A DNA stretch of 64,000 nucleotides from Promethearchaeota archaeon (GCA_048940925.1 JBHLOC010000002.1:32001-96000), one strand, 5' to 3'. Counted from the stretch's first letter, positions 1 through 10,654 are shown. The notes: generated by a model from the letters alone, not told the origin. A program made the numbers and translations.

Positions 1-1
1 T

Positions 2-988
2 TGGAAATTTAGACCAAAAAAGCAGAGTTATTTTGAGAATGGCTTATTTTATATATTTTCTTATATAGCTGAGACTGTAAGAAAAAAATCAAAATTTTAT
101 AGAATAATAATAATAACAGATACTCCATCTGATTTATCTGAAGATTACCAAGAAGCTTTATTTAATTTGGTATCAAAGATAAAAAACTTCCCTACTTTTA
201 TTGATATTATTCGCATATCTGAAGGTGATACGCGATTTTTCAGTGATGACGTTAAATTGAATATGTTAGCTGCTGACACGAAGGGATCTATCGTTTATAT
301 TCAAAATAGAAAAGAATTTTCTGAAAGAATTAAGAAATTAGTAAAATCTAAACAATTTGTCAGTATTTTTGCTGAAAGATCAGATATAATTAAAATAAGT
401 AAAGAAGATTACACCTTCTACAACCACTTGGCAAAATCATTAGAAAAACCAGATAACCAACAAGGATTAAAGTGTTATCTCTGCAATGAAGAATTGTGTC
501 CAGTATGTACTGACATCTACGATATTCCGTTAGTATGTAAAGATTGCAATGCGAGTTTCCACCATTGTTGTATTACTAAACATGTAATAAATCATAATAT
601 TGGTATACCAAATATATTTCGATGCCCTGGTCCCTCTTGTGATGTTCTATTAAAAATTAACGAGGATGATATAATTAAAGTTTCTGGTGAAGTAAAGGTG
701 AGATCTGTGGAAGATTTTATGCAAGAAGAAGTTTTACAAAAAATATCTAAGAGAGTACCAAAAATAAAGCCATTACCAGTATCAAGACCAGAGATAAAAC
801 AAACTATAAATAAAAATATAGATACATTACCAGCCAATACCTATAGTACAGAAGAAAAAAAAAATAAAACCATAAAAGTTGGAGGTTTTTTTGGTAAAAT
901 GTATACAGTAAAGAAAGATGGTGATAAAATAGTATATGAAAGATTAACAAAGACTACTTCTTTTAAACCAAATAATGATATGTCATAA
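2..988 (+). CDS. vWA-like domain plus multi-Cys zinc-finger protein, 5'-partial (paralog of 1240..2571)
   Basis: Frame is open from base 2 (WKFRPKKQSYFENGLFYIF...RIIIITDTPSDLSEDY) and aligns with the next ORF. Has a CxxC...CPVC...CKDC..FHHCC...RCPGPSC cluster and the shared KVGGFFGK motif. Confidence 0.7.
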   Translation, partial: WKFRPKKQSYFENGLFYIFSYIAETVRKKSKFYRIIIITDTPSDLSEDYQEALFNLVSKIKNFPTFIDIIRISEGDTRFFSDDVKLNMLAADTKGSIVYIQNRKEFSERIKKLVKSKQFVSIFAERSDIIKISKEDYTFYNHLAKSLEKPDNQQGLKCYLCNEELCPVCTDIYDIPLVCKDCNASFHHCCITKHVINHNIGIPNIFRCPGPSCDVLLKINEDDIIKVSGEVKVRSVEDFMQEEVLQKISKRVPKIKPLPVSRPEIKQTINKNIDTLPANTYSTEEKKNKTIKVGGFFGKMYTVKKDGDKIVYERLTKTTSFKPNNDMS

Positions 989-1239
989 TTATTGGAAATC
1001 TACTTTATTTACTCTCTTGTAATTAATAAGATAACTTTATAGTGGTTATTTTCAAGATTATAAAGAAGTAGAATCAACAACTATAACATCTTTATAATAT
1101 AAATATTAAAAAAAAAAACTGCTAAAGTAAGAATAATAAATTTGAGGAATATAAATAAAAATAAATAACAATTCTATTATTATTTTTTTAAAATTTTACC
1201 ATTTTTATAGTTAACTTAAATACTGAATTTGATAACAAA

Positions 1240-2571
1240 ATGTTACCCGGATCAGATGCAACTAATTCAGAAGAATTCATATTTTACTTAGATTTAACCG
1301 GAGAATTTTTAAAAAAGAAAGTTCTAGTGAAAGCTATTAATACTTTCATTAAAGAAAAAGACAATTTTAATGCTTTGAGCTCATATGGGATAGTGATTTT
1401 TCAAAAAAACGAAAATCCTGTGAATGTTTATGATTTAAAAGATTCTGAGACTGTGTTGAAAATAGTTAATAAGGCATGGGATACTCGAGAAACAGAACAA
1501 AGTTATCTAGAAAATGGATTATATGAGATTCTCGCTTACATATTTCGAAAAAGTAGAGAAACAAGAAAAAATTACCGCGTAATTATTATTTCAGATACGC
1601 CAAGTAGCTTATCAGAAGATTATTACAACGCACTTTATGATTTACTTATCAAAGCTAAGAAATTTTTCACTTTTATTGATATAATTCGAGTTGGATCAGA
1701 GAAATTTTATGAAGATGATGTAAAATTAAAAGTAATATCTAGTGAAACTCAAGGAGGTATGTTTTATTGTCAAGACGAAAAGTTATTGCAAAATATCCTT
1801 GGTTCTTTAGTTCAAAATAAAAGAGAATTTAATGTTATTAAAGTAGAAGGATCCGATCAGATTCTAGAAGAAGACAAGGTTTTTTATGAACGTTTAGCAG
1901 TTGATTTAATTAGCCTATCTTCTGAAGACGTAGAGATATGTACCATTTGTGAACAAGAATTATGTCCAATTTGTGAAGCCTATTCTGATGAGATACATAA
2001 ATGTTTTAATTGTGGTGCAAAATTTCATAATTGTTGCGCGGCAAAATATTCACTTGCTAAAAATATTGGATTTAAGCATATCTTTCGATGCCCTCAATGT
2101 GACACGTTATTAAAGTTAGATGAAGAATTTGTAATTATGGTTTATGAAGAAGATTTAGAAGAGGATTTAACAGATATTGACCTTTCAGTAAGTGAAATTG
2201 AAGAACTTCCTGAAGAAGAACTTGTACAAATAGACTTTACAGAGGAACTTGAACAAGTAGAAGAGCAAATAGTAGAACAGGAAGAACACAGCTCAGACAT
2301 ATCAAAACTTCACCCACCTCCCGAAGCGAGAAAAAAAGTTAAAGTAGGGGGATTTTTTGGTAAAGAAATTGAAATAAAATTGAAAAAAGAATTACCATCC
2401 CACACAAAGGGATCAATTGCAAGTAAAGAGCGAGAAGAACCTATTTCTATTACAGCTTTAAAACCACCTAGAAAAAAAACACCAGGAACGATAAAGTTAT
2501 GCAAAATATGTGGGGCTACATTATCAGGTACGGTTACTATTTGTCCTACATGTGGTGCAAATCTAGACTAA
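1240..2571 (+). CDS. vWA-like domain, PHD/RING-like zinc finger, acidic linker and C-terminal zinc ribbon
   Basis: N-terminal FIFYLDLT and RVIIISD strands; CTIC/CPIC/CFNC/HNCC/CPQC; Glu-rich region; terminal CKIC..CPTC. Confidence 0.7.
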   Translation: MLPGSDATNSEEFIFYLDLTGEFLKKKVLVKAINTFIKEKDNFNALSSYGIVIFQKNENPVNVYDLKDSETVLKIVNKAWDTRETEQSYLENGLYEILAYIFRKSRETRKNYRVIIISDTPSSLSEDYYNALYDLLIKAKKFFTFIDIIRVGSEKFYEDDVKLKVISSETQGGMFYCQDEKLLQNILGSLVQNKREFNVIKVEGSDQILEEDKVFYERLAVDLISLSSEDVEICTICEQELCPICEAYSDEIHKCFNCGAKFHNCCAAKYSLAKNIGFKHIFRCPQCDTLLKLDEEFVIMVYEEDLEEDLTDIDLSVSEIEELPEEELVQIDFTEELEQVEEQIVEQEEHSSDISKLHPPPEARKKVKVGGFFGKEIEIKLKKELPSHTKGSIASKEREEPISITALKPPRKKTPGTIKLCKICGATLSGTVTICPTCGANLD

Positions 2572-2585
2572 TCTATTGCTGATTC

Positions 2586-3137
2586 TTATATATTTAAATC
2601 TTCAACAAGAATAATACCTGATACATTTGTTTCTTTTACCGCACTGAACTTCTTTTTCTTTAAACTTGTAAATTCTTTTAGAGAAGTTAAGATCTCATTT
2701 ATTTTTACTTTTGGAAAATCATTTAAGGTTAAATTACACCTTTTCTCAGAATCATTCTTAATAAAGAGAAATTGATACACTATATAAGGTTTAACTTCAA
2801 GGTTTTTCAGTCTTACTTCAATTTTCTCGATTTCAAACCAAGAAATGTGAAATTTCGGTTTTCGAGGTAATATAATTTCAATTTCATATTGTGATATACT
2901 AAATTTTCTGAGTTTACCAGGAGCTTTTGTTACAACATAATAATAGTAAGCAAAAAATATGAAAAGTACTCCTAAACTTAATAATGTAGTTATAAAAGCT
3001 CCAGGAATTAACAATGTGAAAGTAACAATTAAAATAATTAATATTGAAATAATGAATATGACAAGTGAACATGGGATAGTGAAACCATGAGATTTCTCAC
3101 CCGAGAAATCAACTATTTCAATATTATCAGAGTCCAT
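2586..3137 (-). CDS. hypothetical membrane protein (2 TM helices plus soluble domain)
   Basis: 183-aa ORF with two N-terminal hydrophobic helices. Confidence 0.7.
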   Translation of the reverse strand: MDSDNIEIVDFSGEKSHGFTIPCSLVIFIISILIILIVTFTLLIPGAFITTLLSLGVLFIFFAYYYYVVTKAPGKLRKFSISQYEIEIILPRKPKFHISWFEIEKIEVRLKNLEVKPYIVYQFLFIKNDSEKRCNLTLNDFPKVKINEILTSLKEFTSLKKKKFSAVKETNVSGIILVEDLNI

Positions 3138-3267
3138 GTCTTAAAATTAGTTTGATTTAGAATACATTTAAACTTTGATATAAAATATTATGTTTGTATA
3201 GATATTAAATAGACTAAAAAAAATAGATAATGTCATCTTGAAATAAATAGCAATTATTATTCGAGAT

Positions 3268-3456
3268 ATGACTCAAGATGATGAATATTATGTTAGTACC
3301 TATACTAATTTGAATGAGAACAACATTGAACGTGAAAATTCTGCCTTACGGCAAATATATATTAATGACAAATTAATCAAAGTAGGTTCAGAAATAGAGA
3401 AAGACAGAATAAGGCAAGAAATAAAAAATACTCAGGTTAATGTAAATAATTTTTAA
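3268..3456 (+). CDS. small hypothetical protein
   Basis: 62-aa hydrophilic ORF in an intergenic gap; no recognised motif. Confidence 0.35.
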   Translation: MTQDDEYYVSTYTNLNENNIERENSALRQIYINDKLIKVGSEIEKDRIRQEIKNTQVNVNNF

Positions 3457-3511
3457 ATATAATTAAAATTTTTAAAGAACAATTATAAAAGAAAGTTATT
3501 TTCTGGTTTAA

Positions 3512-4852
3512 ATGTTCATAAAAGATGAATTAATGCAATATGAGAAAAATCGTCCAAAATCAAAAGAAATTTGGAAAAAAGCACTTGAAATATTACCGGG
3601 AGGAATATCTCATAATATCAGAACTTTTGGATTGCATTTAATTGGTGGTTTTCCTGTATTTATAAACTCGGGTTTTGGACCAACTCTTAAGGATATAGAC
3701 GGCAATGAATATATTGATTGTTGGTGTGGGCATTTCGCTATGATTTTAGGACATAATCCTCCTGAAATTAAAGAAAGTGTTAAAGAATATTTAGCATATG
3801 GTTGGCATTTTGGAACAAATACAGAATATCAAGTTAACCTTGCGGATACCATAATTAAGGATAATCCTGGAATCGAGAAATTAAGATTTTGTGTTACTGG
3901 AACAGAAGCCACAATGTATGCTTCTCGTTTAGCTCGAGCTTTCACTAAAAAGAGACTTATAGCTAAAGCTAAAGCAGGATGGCATGGTGCAAATGACACC
4001 TTATCCTATGATATAGGAGGGTTAAAAAGTATAGAGCCATCTCCGGGGTTACTTAAAGCTGAACAAGCAGGTGTTATAACTTTTGAGATCAATACTGAGG
4101 ATATATTTAATATTATAACGAAAAATTCTAATGAACTAGCTGCGATAATTTTAGAACCTGTTTTAGGTGGTGGAGGGGGTTTTCCTGCTGATCCAGAATA
4201 TTTGAAAAGATTAAGAGAAGAAACGGAACGAAATGGAATTCTTCTTATCTTTGATGAGGTGATAACAGGTTATCGTTTTACTAACAGTTTTTTTCAGAAT
4301 GAATTAGGGATAATCCCTGATTTAACAACAATGGGGAAAATTATCGGTGGTGGATTTCCGATTGGTGCCGTAGGTGGGCGTAAAGAAATCATCGATCAAT
4401 CCAGACCTGATGTGGAGAACCAAGTATTAATTGGGGGAGGAACTTTTTCTGGATACCCGCTTAGTATGATAGCAGGTTTAAAAACTTTAGAGATTTTAAA
4501 TGAATCACATCAAGAATATCTTCGGATAGGTCAAGAAGGGGATAGATTGTTGAATAATTTAAATCAATTTTTTAACGATGAGAAAATAAAAATTGTTGCA
4601 AAAGGATACAAATCAATAATTATGCTCCATGCTCTCACTAAATGGATTGAAGAACCTTCTATGCGGGAAATTTTTGAATTCCAGGATAGAAAACGTGAAG
4701 CTTTACTCCAATTAGCTCTTTTTAATCGAAATATATCAGGATTACACGGTTTAGGTTCAATTTCGATGGCTCATAATCATGAAAATGTAGCTAAAGTACA
4801 AGAAGTTGTAGAAGAAATTGCACATCCTGTTTCCCAATCAGAATTCAATTAA
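3512..4852 (+). CDS. class III PLP aminotransferase (glutamate-1-semialdehyde aminomutase-like)
   Basis: PGGISHNIR, TGTEATM, LLIFDEVITGYR, and PDLTTMGKIIGGG with the PLP lysine. Confidence 0.85.
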   Translation: MFIKDELMQYEKNRPKSKEIWKKALEILPGGISHNIRTFGLHLIGGFPVFINSGFGPTLKDIDGNEYIDCWCGHFAMILGHNPPEIKESVKEYLAYGWHFGTNTEYQVNLADTIIKDNPGIEKLRFCVTGTEATMYASRLARAFTKKRLIAKAKAGWHGANDTLSYDIGGLKSIEPSPGLLKAEQAGVITFEINTEDIFNIITKNSNELAAIILEPVLGGGGGFPADPEYLKRLREETERNGILLIFDEVITGYRFTNSFFQNELGIIPDLTTMGKIIGGGFPIGAVGGRKEIIDQSRPDVENQVLIGGGTFSGYPLSMIAGLKTLEILNESHQEYLRIGQEGDRLLNNLNQFFNDEKIKIVAKGYKSIIMLHALTKWIEEPSMREIFEFQDRKREALLQLALFNRNISGLHGLGSISMAHNHENVAKVQEVVEEIAHPVSQSEFN

Positions 4853-4876
4853 ATTTTATTAAAAAAGGTGGATGAA

Positions 4877-5902
4877 ATGAATAAAAAGTTTGATGTTATA
4901 CAAGTAGGGTTTGGACCAATGGGAAGAATTATTGCTAACCTCCTTATAACACGTAGAAATATTAATCTTAGGGGAATTATTGATATTGACCCTCAACTTA
5001 TTGGAGAAAAGTTAAGTGAAATTATAGATATAGAAGAAGGATCTAATCTTATAGTTGAATCTGATTTTGATGAACTTCTCTCAAGAGAGAGAGTTGATGT
5101 AATAATTATAGCAACATCTTCTTCTTTAGAAAAAGTAGCACCAATAATAAAAAGAGCAATTGAATCAGAAAGTAATGTTATCTCGATATGTGAGGAATTA
5201 TCTTATCCATATCAATCTTACCCTCAGCTTTCTGAGGAACTTGATGCATTAGCAAAATCTAATAATGTTACAGTAGTTGGAACAGGAATTAATCCTGGAT
5301 ATCTCATGGATTTATTACCAATTGTCATTACTGCTCCATGTCAAAAGGTGGAATCGGTTAAAGTGACAAGAATGATGAACTCCGCCAAAAGAAGAGAATC
5401 ATTCCAACGAAAAATAGGGACTGGCTTAACTCCTGAAGAATTTCATCAAAAAATTACTAAAAAAGAAATTACTGGTCATGTTGGATTAAAAGAATCTATT
5501 CAAATGATTATAACTGCACTTGGGTTTCAATGTGATGAAATTATCGAGTTTTCCCCTAAAGAAATAATAGCTGAGAAAGAATTTACAACTTCTTACAGTC
5601 AGACTGTTCCAGAAGGGTATGTTTGCGGGTTAGAAAGTAAGGCAGTAGCAAGAAGGGAAGGTAGAGATATTATCTTATTAGATTTTATAGCTTATGCTGG
5701 TGACCATGAAGAATATGATAGCATAGAAACCATAGGAGTCCCATCCATCCATCAAAAAATTATTGGGGGTGTTCATGGTGATTTAGGCACAGCAGCAATG
5801 GTTGCGAATTTGATTCCTAAAGTAGTAGGTGCGAAAGCAGGATTATTAACCATGAAAGATCTTCCTGTACCTTGTTATACTGAAAACATTTGGAGAAATT
5901 AG
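4877..5902 (+). CDS. NAD(P)-dependent amine dehydrogenase, 2,4-diaminopentanoate dehydrogenase/DapB-like family
   Basis: GFGPMG Rossmann motif, CEELSYP, GTGINPGY, GHVGLKES, GGVHGD.GTAA. ATG at 4877 preferred over GTG at 4868. Confidence 0.8.
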   Translation: MNKKFDVIQVGFGPMGRIIANLLITRRNINLRGIIDIDPQLIGEKLSEIIDIEEGSNLIVESDFDELLSRERVDVIIIATSSSLEKVAPIIKRAIESESNVISICEELSYPYQSYPQLSEELDALAKSNNVTVVGTGINPGYLMDLLPIVITAPCQKVESVKVTRMMNSAKRRESFQRKIGTGLTPEEFHQKITKKEITGHVGLKESIQMIITALGFQCDEIIEFSPKEIIAEKEFTTSYSQTVPEGYVCGLESKAVARREGRDIILLDFIAYAGDHEEYDSIETIGVPSIHQKIIGGVHGDLGTAAMVANLIPKVVGAKAGLLTMKDLPVPCYTENIWRN

Positions 5903-6025
5903 CCCTAAATTCTAAAATAGGATTTTATAACTTTTAAATAGTAAAACAATTTAACATAAACTATAAAAAAATTTGGTTTGTTTTTATTCATAGTTATCTT
6001 TAACTTTTGACCGGCTAAAAGATGT

Positions 6026-8116
6026 ATGAAAATGAAAATTAGTAACAAAAGTATTTTAATGATCTTATTTATTGAAATAATTTTTCTTCTTCCATTAGCC
6101 ATCTTTATCAATCCAATAATTATTGAGAATGGATCTAATTCAGAACAGGTATTTCAGGAACCTGTTCCCTCAGCAGGTATAGACTTGGAAATATACATGC
6201 CAGATTATCAAATCCCTGGAGTCGAAAATGTTACAGATGATTTTTTAGCTTCACCCTTAGGAAATGGAGTAAATTCTGTAACTGTCAAGTCTTCTGGACC
6301 TGCTACTGATGTACAATTATCATTTCTTCAAGCATTAATGGAAGCAGGTACAGCAACTGCAACGGTAATTGGATTAGACGTAATTTGGACTGCTCTCTTT
6401 GCAGATAATGGATGGATTATTGAACTAGATCCATATCTAGAAACAAATGAATTGGATGATTACAGCCCCGGTATAGTTAATGCATGTAAATACGATGGTA
6501 TAACTTATGCTTACCCCTATTTCATGAATCTAGGAGCCTTATATTATCGAAAAGATCTTTTAGATCTTCATCTCCCAGGTTGGACAGAAACAGATTTTGA
6601 TACATGGGAAGGATTAAACACTACAGCTAATTACATTCTCAATAATGAGGCGGGATTACTTGATGATCCTGATTTAGTCGGTTATATCGGACAACTAGAC
6701 GCTTATGAAGGTGGCGTTGTTAATTTTTTTGAATGGTGTGGAAGCAATGGTGCTTTAAATTTAATAAGCAATAGTACGGTTAATATTAATACACCGAAAG
6801 TAGCAAAAGCAATGGAATTTATCAAGGCTTTGATCCCCCCTGAATATGCTGGAGTCCAAGGTACAGATTGTATTATACCACGTGAGGCTTTAACTTACAA
6901 TGAAGGCTTATCATATAATAAATGGATATCAAATGAATCAATATTCATGCGACAATGGACATATGCATATGGTCTATCCCTTGCTAATAATATGGAATTT
7001 GGAATAGCTCCATTACCTCATTTTCAAGGAGCTGCAGGATATAAAACCTCTTGCGTAGGCGGAGCTATTTTAGCTATACCTACTGCAACAACAGGCATAG
7101 CAAGAAAAGCTGCTGTCAATTTAACTAAATTCCTTGGAGATGTATTAGCTCAAGAATCAGAACTTACAGCTGATACTGATCCTGGTCCTGGTTATATTCC
7201 GTTATCCAATTTTCCTGCATTAAAGTCTGTTTATAGCAATCCACCAGCAGGTTTTGACTGGATAAAAAATTGGTCAGATCAAGTAAATTTAACATTGTCA
7301 AGACCTGTTGTAATTAAGTATTCTCAAATATCTTCAGCAATCGCAATCTCATTTAATGAATTATTAAGTTGTCAAAAGAGTGTTGATGTTGCTCTGACTG
7401 AATTGCAAGAGACTATAGCGGTCATCCTTGGATTGGTGCCAGGAAGTTTCACACTCACAAGTGATGCAGATGATCCTGATCCTGATGGTGCGTTTAACTT
7501 GATTTGGACAACTTCAGAAGGAGCAGATAATTATTCCTTGTATACATACCATAATCATATTACAAAAATAAATCAAAGTTTAACTTTACTTGCTAATCAA
7601 AATGCGACTTCGCCTTATCCTATCTCTGGTTTGTTGAATGGAACTTATTACTATGTTGTTGTTGCATATAATGAATCTGGCTATAGATTATCGGATTGTA
7701 TAAATGTAACAGTACAGATAATGCTACCGGGCTCATTTATATTAACTACTAATGCAGATACTCCTGATACTGATGGATCGTTTAGTTTAACATGGACAGC
7801 ATCTTCAGAAGCAGATAATTATTCCCTGTATACCTACCAAAGTTATATTAGTGAAATAAATCAAAGTTTAACCTTACTCGTTGATCAAAATGCAACTTCA
7901 CCATACTCTGTTACAGGTTTAGAAAATGGCAATTATTATTATGTTATTGTAGCTTATAACGAATTTGGTAGTAGACTATCAAATTGTATTAAAATTGTGG
8001 TTGAAATTGAAGGTGGAGAGAATATTATTCCAGGATACAATATATCTTTGTTTATATCTATGATTAGCTTGACTGGTGGACTCATTATTTTTTGGCATCT
8101 TAAGAAAAAAAATTGA
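6026..8116 (+). CDS. sugar-type ABC substrate-binding protein with two FN3-like repeats and IPGY C-terminal anchor
   Basis: LDVIWTALFA, LYYRKDLL and FMRQWTYAY motifs; two ~95-aa repeats; IIPGY followed by a TM helix and KKKN. Confidence 0.8.
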   Translation: MKMKISNKSILMILFIEIIFLLPLAIFINPIIIENGSNSEQVFQEPVPSAGIDLEIYMPDYQIPGVENVTDDFLASPLGNGVNSVTVKSSGPATDVQLSFLQALMEAGTATATVIGLDVIWTALFADNGWIIELDPYLETNELDDYSPGIVNACKYDGITYAYPYFMNLGALYYRKDLLDLHLPGWTETDFDTWEGLNTTANYILNNEAGLLDDPDLVGYIGQLDAYEGGVVNFFEWCGSNGALNLISNSTVNINTPKVAKAMEFIKALIPPEYAGVQGTDCIIPREALTYNEGLSYNKWISNESIFMRQWTYAYGLSLANNMEFGIAPLPHFQGAAGYKTSCVGGAILAIPTATTGIARKAAVNLTKFLGDVLAQESELTADTDPGPGYIPLSNFPALKSVYSNPPAGFDWIKNWSDQVNLTLSRPVVIKYSQISSAIAISFNELLSCQKSVDVALTELQETIAVILGLVPGSFTLTSDADDPDPDGAFNLIWTTSEGADNYSLYTYHNHITKINQSLTLLANQNATSPYPISGLLNGTYYYVVVAYNESGYRLSDCINVTVQIMLPGSFILTTNADTPDTDGSFSLTWTASSEADNYSLYTYQSYISEINQSLTLLVDQNATSPYSVTGLENGNYYYVIVAYNEFGSRLSNCIKIVVEIEGGENIIPGYNISLFISMISLTGGLIIFWHLKKKN

Positions 8117-8269
8117 ATATTATGATATATATCAACGAAAAAGAAAGTTTTCAACTTTTTTTTATTTGAAAATTATATCTACAAAGTATTTTGAGATGAG
8201 ATTTATTTTAAATAGAAGCAATTAGTTAAGTATTTCACCAATTGATTTATCTAAAATTCAAAATAAACA

Positions 8270-9232
8270 TTAAATTATTGCATTTATTGGAAAATAAATC
8301 AATATAGCAAGTAAACCTGCCATAGGAAAAGTTAAAAACCAGACTAACACTATTTTCCATAGACCCTTTTTCGAAGGCGTGTGACTTGCCTTAGACAATC
8401 CAACGAGAGATGCAACAAGCATATGCGATCCTGATAGAGGGATTCCAAGGGTTGTACCAATAAATAGGATTACTGCAGTAGGAATTTGCGCGGTAAAAGC
8501 AGTGCTTGGATGAAGTTCTGTAATTGTTCCGACACTTTTAATAACACCTCTTCCTAAGACTATTAAACCCCCTGCAAAGCTCACGCCTGTTATTAATAGG
8601 AGAATGTTTATTTGTATTTCTCCTATCCCAACAACAATACCTACAGCGTTTGAACAATCATTTCCTGATCTTGAAAATGCTGTAATGCTGATCACGATCA
8701 AGACAATATATCCAAAAATTTTCTCAGTTCTTTCATAGCTTTGAAACCCATTGAGATGCTTTACTTTATAATGGTGTAAAAGCTTAAAAACTAGAAATGT
8801 GACAAGATATCCTATTATTGGAGATAATATCCACCAGATACTCAATTCAATAATCTTTAACCAATCAAGTGTAGCATTTAAAGCTATTCCAAGGCCTATA
8901 ACAGCGCCTATTGTCGCATGAGTCGTTGAAATCGGTAATCCTAAAGCAGAGGACAATATTAACCAAATAGCGGTGGAAATTAAAATCGTGATAACGATTG
9001 CATAATTAAGATCAGCTAATATGCCTTTACCTATAGTTTTACTCACAGCTTCTCCTAAAATAAGAGCGCCTGTGATTGCGAATATGGTCGTTAAAATTAG
9101 AATTTGTTTTATATTAAGAATTCTTGAACCATAAATACCAGCAAACGTTTCGTCATTTCCACCAATCCCAAATGCAATAACCACCGAAATAATAATAAAG
9201 ATAATTAAAATCACTGCAAAATCTAAAACCAT
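8270..9232 (-). CDS. pit: PiT family inorganic phosphate transporter
   Basis: GIGGND, GLPISTTHA, SGNDCSNA and GIPLSGSH motifs; multiple TM helices. Confidence 0.85.
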   Translation of the reverse strand: MVLDFAVILIIFIIISVVIAFGIGGNDETFAGIYGSRILNIKQILILTTIFAITGALILGEAVSKTIGKGILADLNYAIVITILISTAIWLILSSALGLPISTTHATIGAVIGLGIALNATLDWLKIIELSIWWILSPIIGYLVTFLVFKLLHHYKVKHLNGFQSYERTEKIFGYIVLIVISITAFSRSGNDCSNAVGIVVGIGEIQINILLLITGVSFAGGLIVLGRGVIKSVGTITELHPSTAFTAQIPTAVILFIGTTLGIPLSGSHMLVASLVGLSKASHTPSKKGLWKIVLVWFLTFPMAGLLAILIYFPINAII

Positions 9233-9247
9233 GTAAACCCCCTTTGA

Positions 9248-9895
9248 TTATTTGCTTGGATATTTTACAATTAAACTTCTTAGAAAATCACTAATCTCTT
9301 CAGCTCTTACGATCATATCAAATAATTTAATGCAAATTTTTGAAGTTAGATAAATTTGAAGGGATTTTTCTTCTGATTTTTGATAAATTATTTTTAAGAT
9401 TTTAAATTTAGAATCACGACCGCGTCGCTTAAGAGTTTCTATATCGAACGATAATTGGTAGGCTGTTTTAAAGTCCGTTTCCATGAGTTTTATCATTTCG
9501 ATAAGAGTCTTTATCGTTTCTACATAAATATCATTTAATATTTTCATTTCTTTCTTGATATCATCATAAAGGCCAAAAGGAGATACTTCTAAAGCCCGCG
9601 CAAGCTCTTCCGAATTATCCGAAATGACATCAAGATATTTTATCAATCTATAACGGTCTTCAACTAAAAAAGGAAGAGCTCGTTTATCTGAATAAAGGAC
9701 ATTAATATATTTTTCTTTTGCAATATCCGCATTATGTTCACATAATATTACTTCTTCTAATTTTTCTTTTTTCAGTTTTTCATCTATAAGCTCATTAATA
9801 CAATCATGAAGTAAGTGTGAACCTTTTAAAACTTCTCTGTGGAATTCATTTGCTGCTTCCAATATATTATTTCTCCTATTTAGTTTTAATTTCAT
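9248..9895 (-). CDS. DUF47/PhoU-like phosphate transport regulator
   Basis: Helical protein with EHNAD and LPFLVEDR, directly upstream of pit. Confidence 0.8.
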   Translation of the reverse strand: MKLKLNRRNNILEAANEFHREVLKGSHLLHDCINELIDEKLKKEKLEEVILCEHNADIAKEKYINVLYSDKRALPFLVEDRYRLIKYLDVISDNSEELARALEVSPFGLYDDIKKEMKILNDIYVETIKTLIEMIKLMETDFKTAYQLSFDIETLKRRGRDSKFKILKIIYQKSEEKSLQIYLTSKICIKLFDMIVRAEEISDFLRSLIVKYPSK

Positions 9896-10093
9896 TCAAA
9901 TCACATCGAAAATAATATTATAATATGCGCCTAATTGAATATAATAGTAATCATTAAGATTTAATTCCATAAAAGTTTTTTAAAAATAAGAAAAATACAT
10001 TTCTTCATTAAGTCTCTCTAAGTAGAACATTTTTTAAATAAAGAAGTAGAGTTCTGATTGATTATAACTAACAGAAAAATTTGAGATACTATC

Positions 10094-10654
10094 TTGCCCT
10101 ATATTGAAATAAAATTAAGAGATATAATATTTGATCCAGAAGTCCAATCATATTGTGTTAATTCAAATTTCAAGTGTCCTAATTATAAACATTCTTGGGC
10201 GTGTCCTCCTGAAGCACCATATCTCGAGAAGGAAGTCTCAACATTTAGTAAATTTTTTCTTATATATTACAAATCTGATTTAAATAAATATATACAAAAA
10301 ATAAAATTGAAACATCCAAACCAAAGCGAATCAATAATAAAAAACAAGCTTCTAATGTCTAATTTTTTAAGAGATAAATTAGAAAAGGAAATGTTTAAAT
10401 TTCTTAGCAAATTTCAAGGCAAATACGATCAAAAACTTGTTTTATGGGACGGATATTGTAGAGTTTGTTATAATCAAGGGGATAAAGAATGCAATTATGA
10501 TAGCGGTGCATCTTGTAGATATCCTAATGAAATAAGATATTCAATGGAAGCGGTAGGTATAGATGTTACTAAAACAGTGAAAAATGTGGATCTTAACATC
10601 GAATGGCCACCGATTAATTATGTTTATCGATTCGGATTAATATGTATTAAGTAG
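10094..10654 (+). CDS. DUF2284-like metal-binding protein
   Basis: CPNY..SWACPP, GYCRVC, CRYP..IRYSMEAVGIDV. Confidence 0.8.
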   Translation: MPYIEIKLRDIIFDPEVQSYCVNSNFKCPNYKHSWACPPEAPYLEKEVSTFSKFFLIYYKSDLNKYIQKIKLKHPNQSESIIKNKLLMSNFLRDKLEKEMFKFLSKFQGKYDQKLVLWDGYCRVCYNQGDKECNYDSGASCRYPNEIRYSMEAVGIDVTKTVKNVDLNIEWPPINYVYRFGLICIK

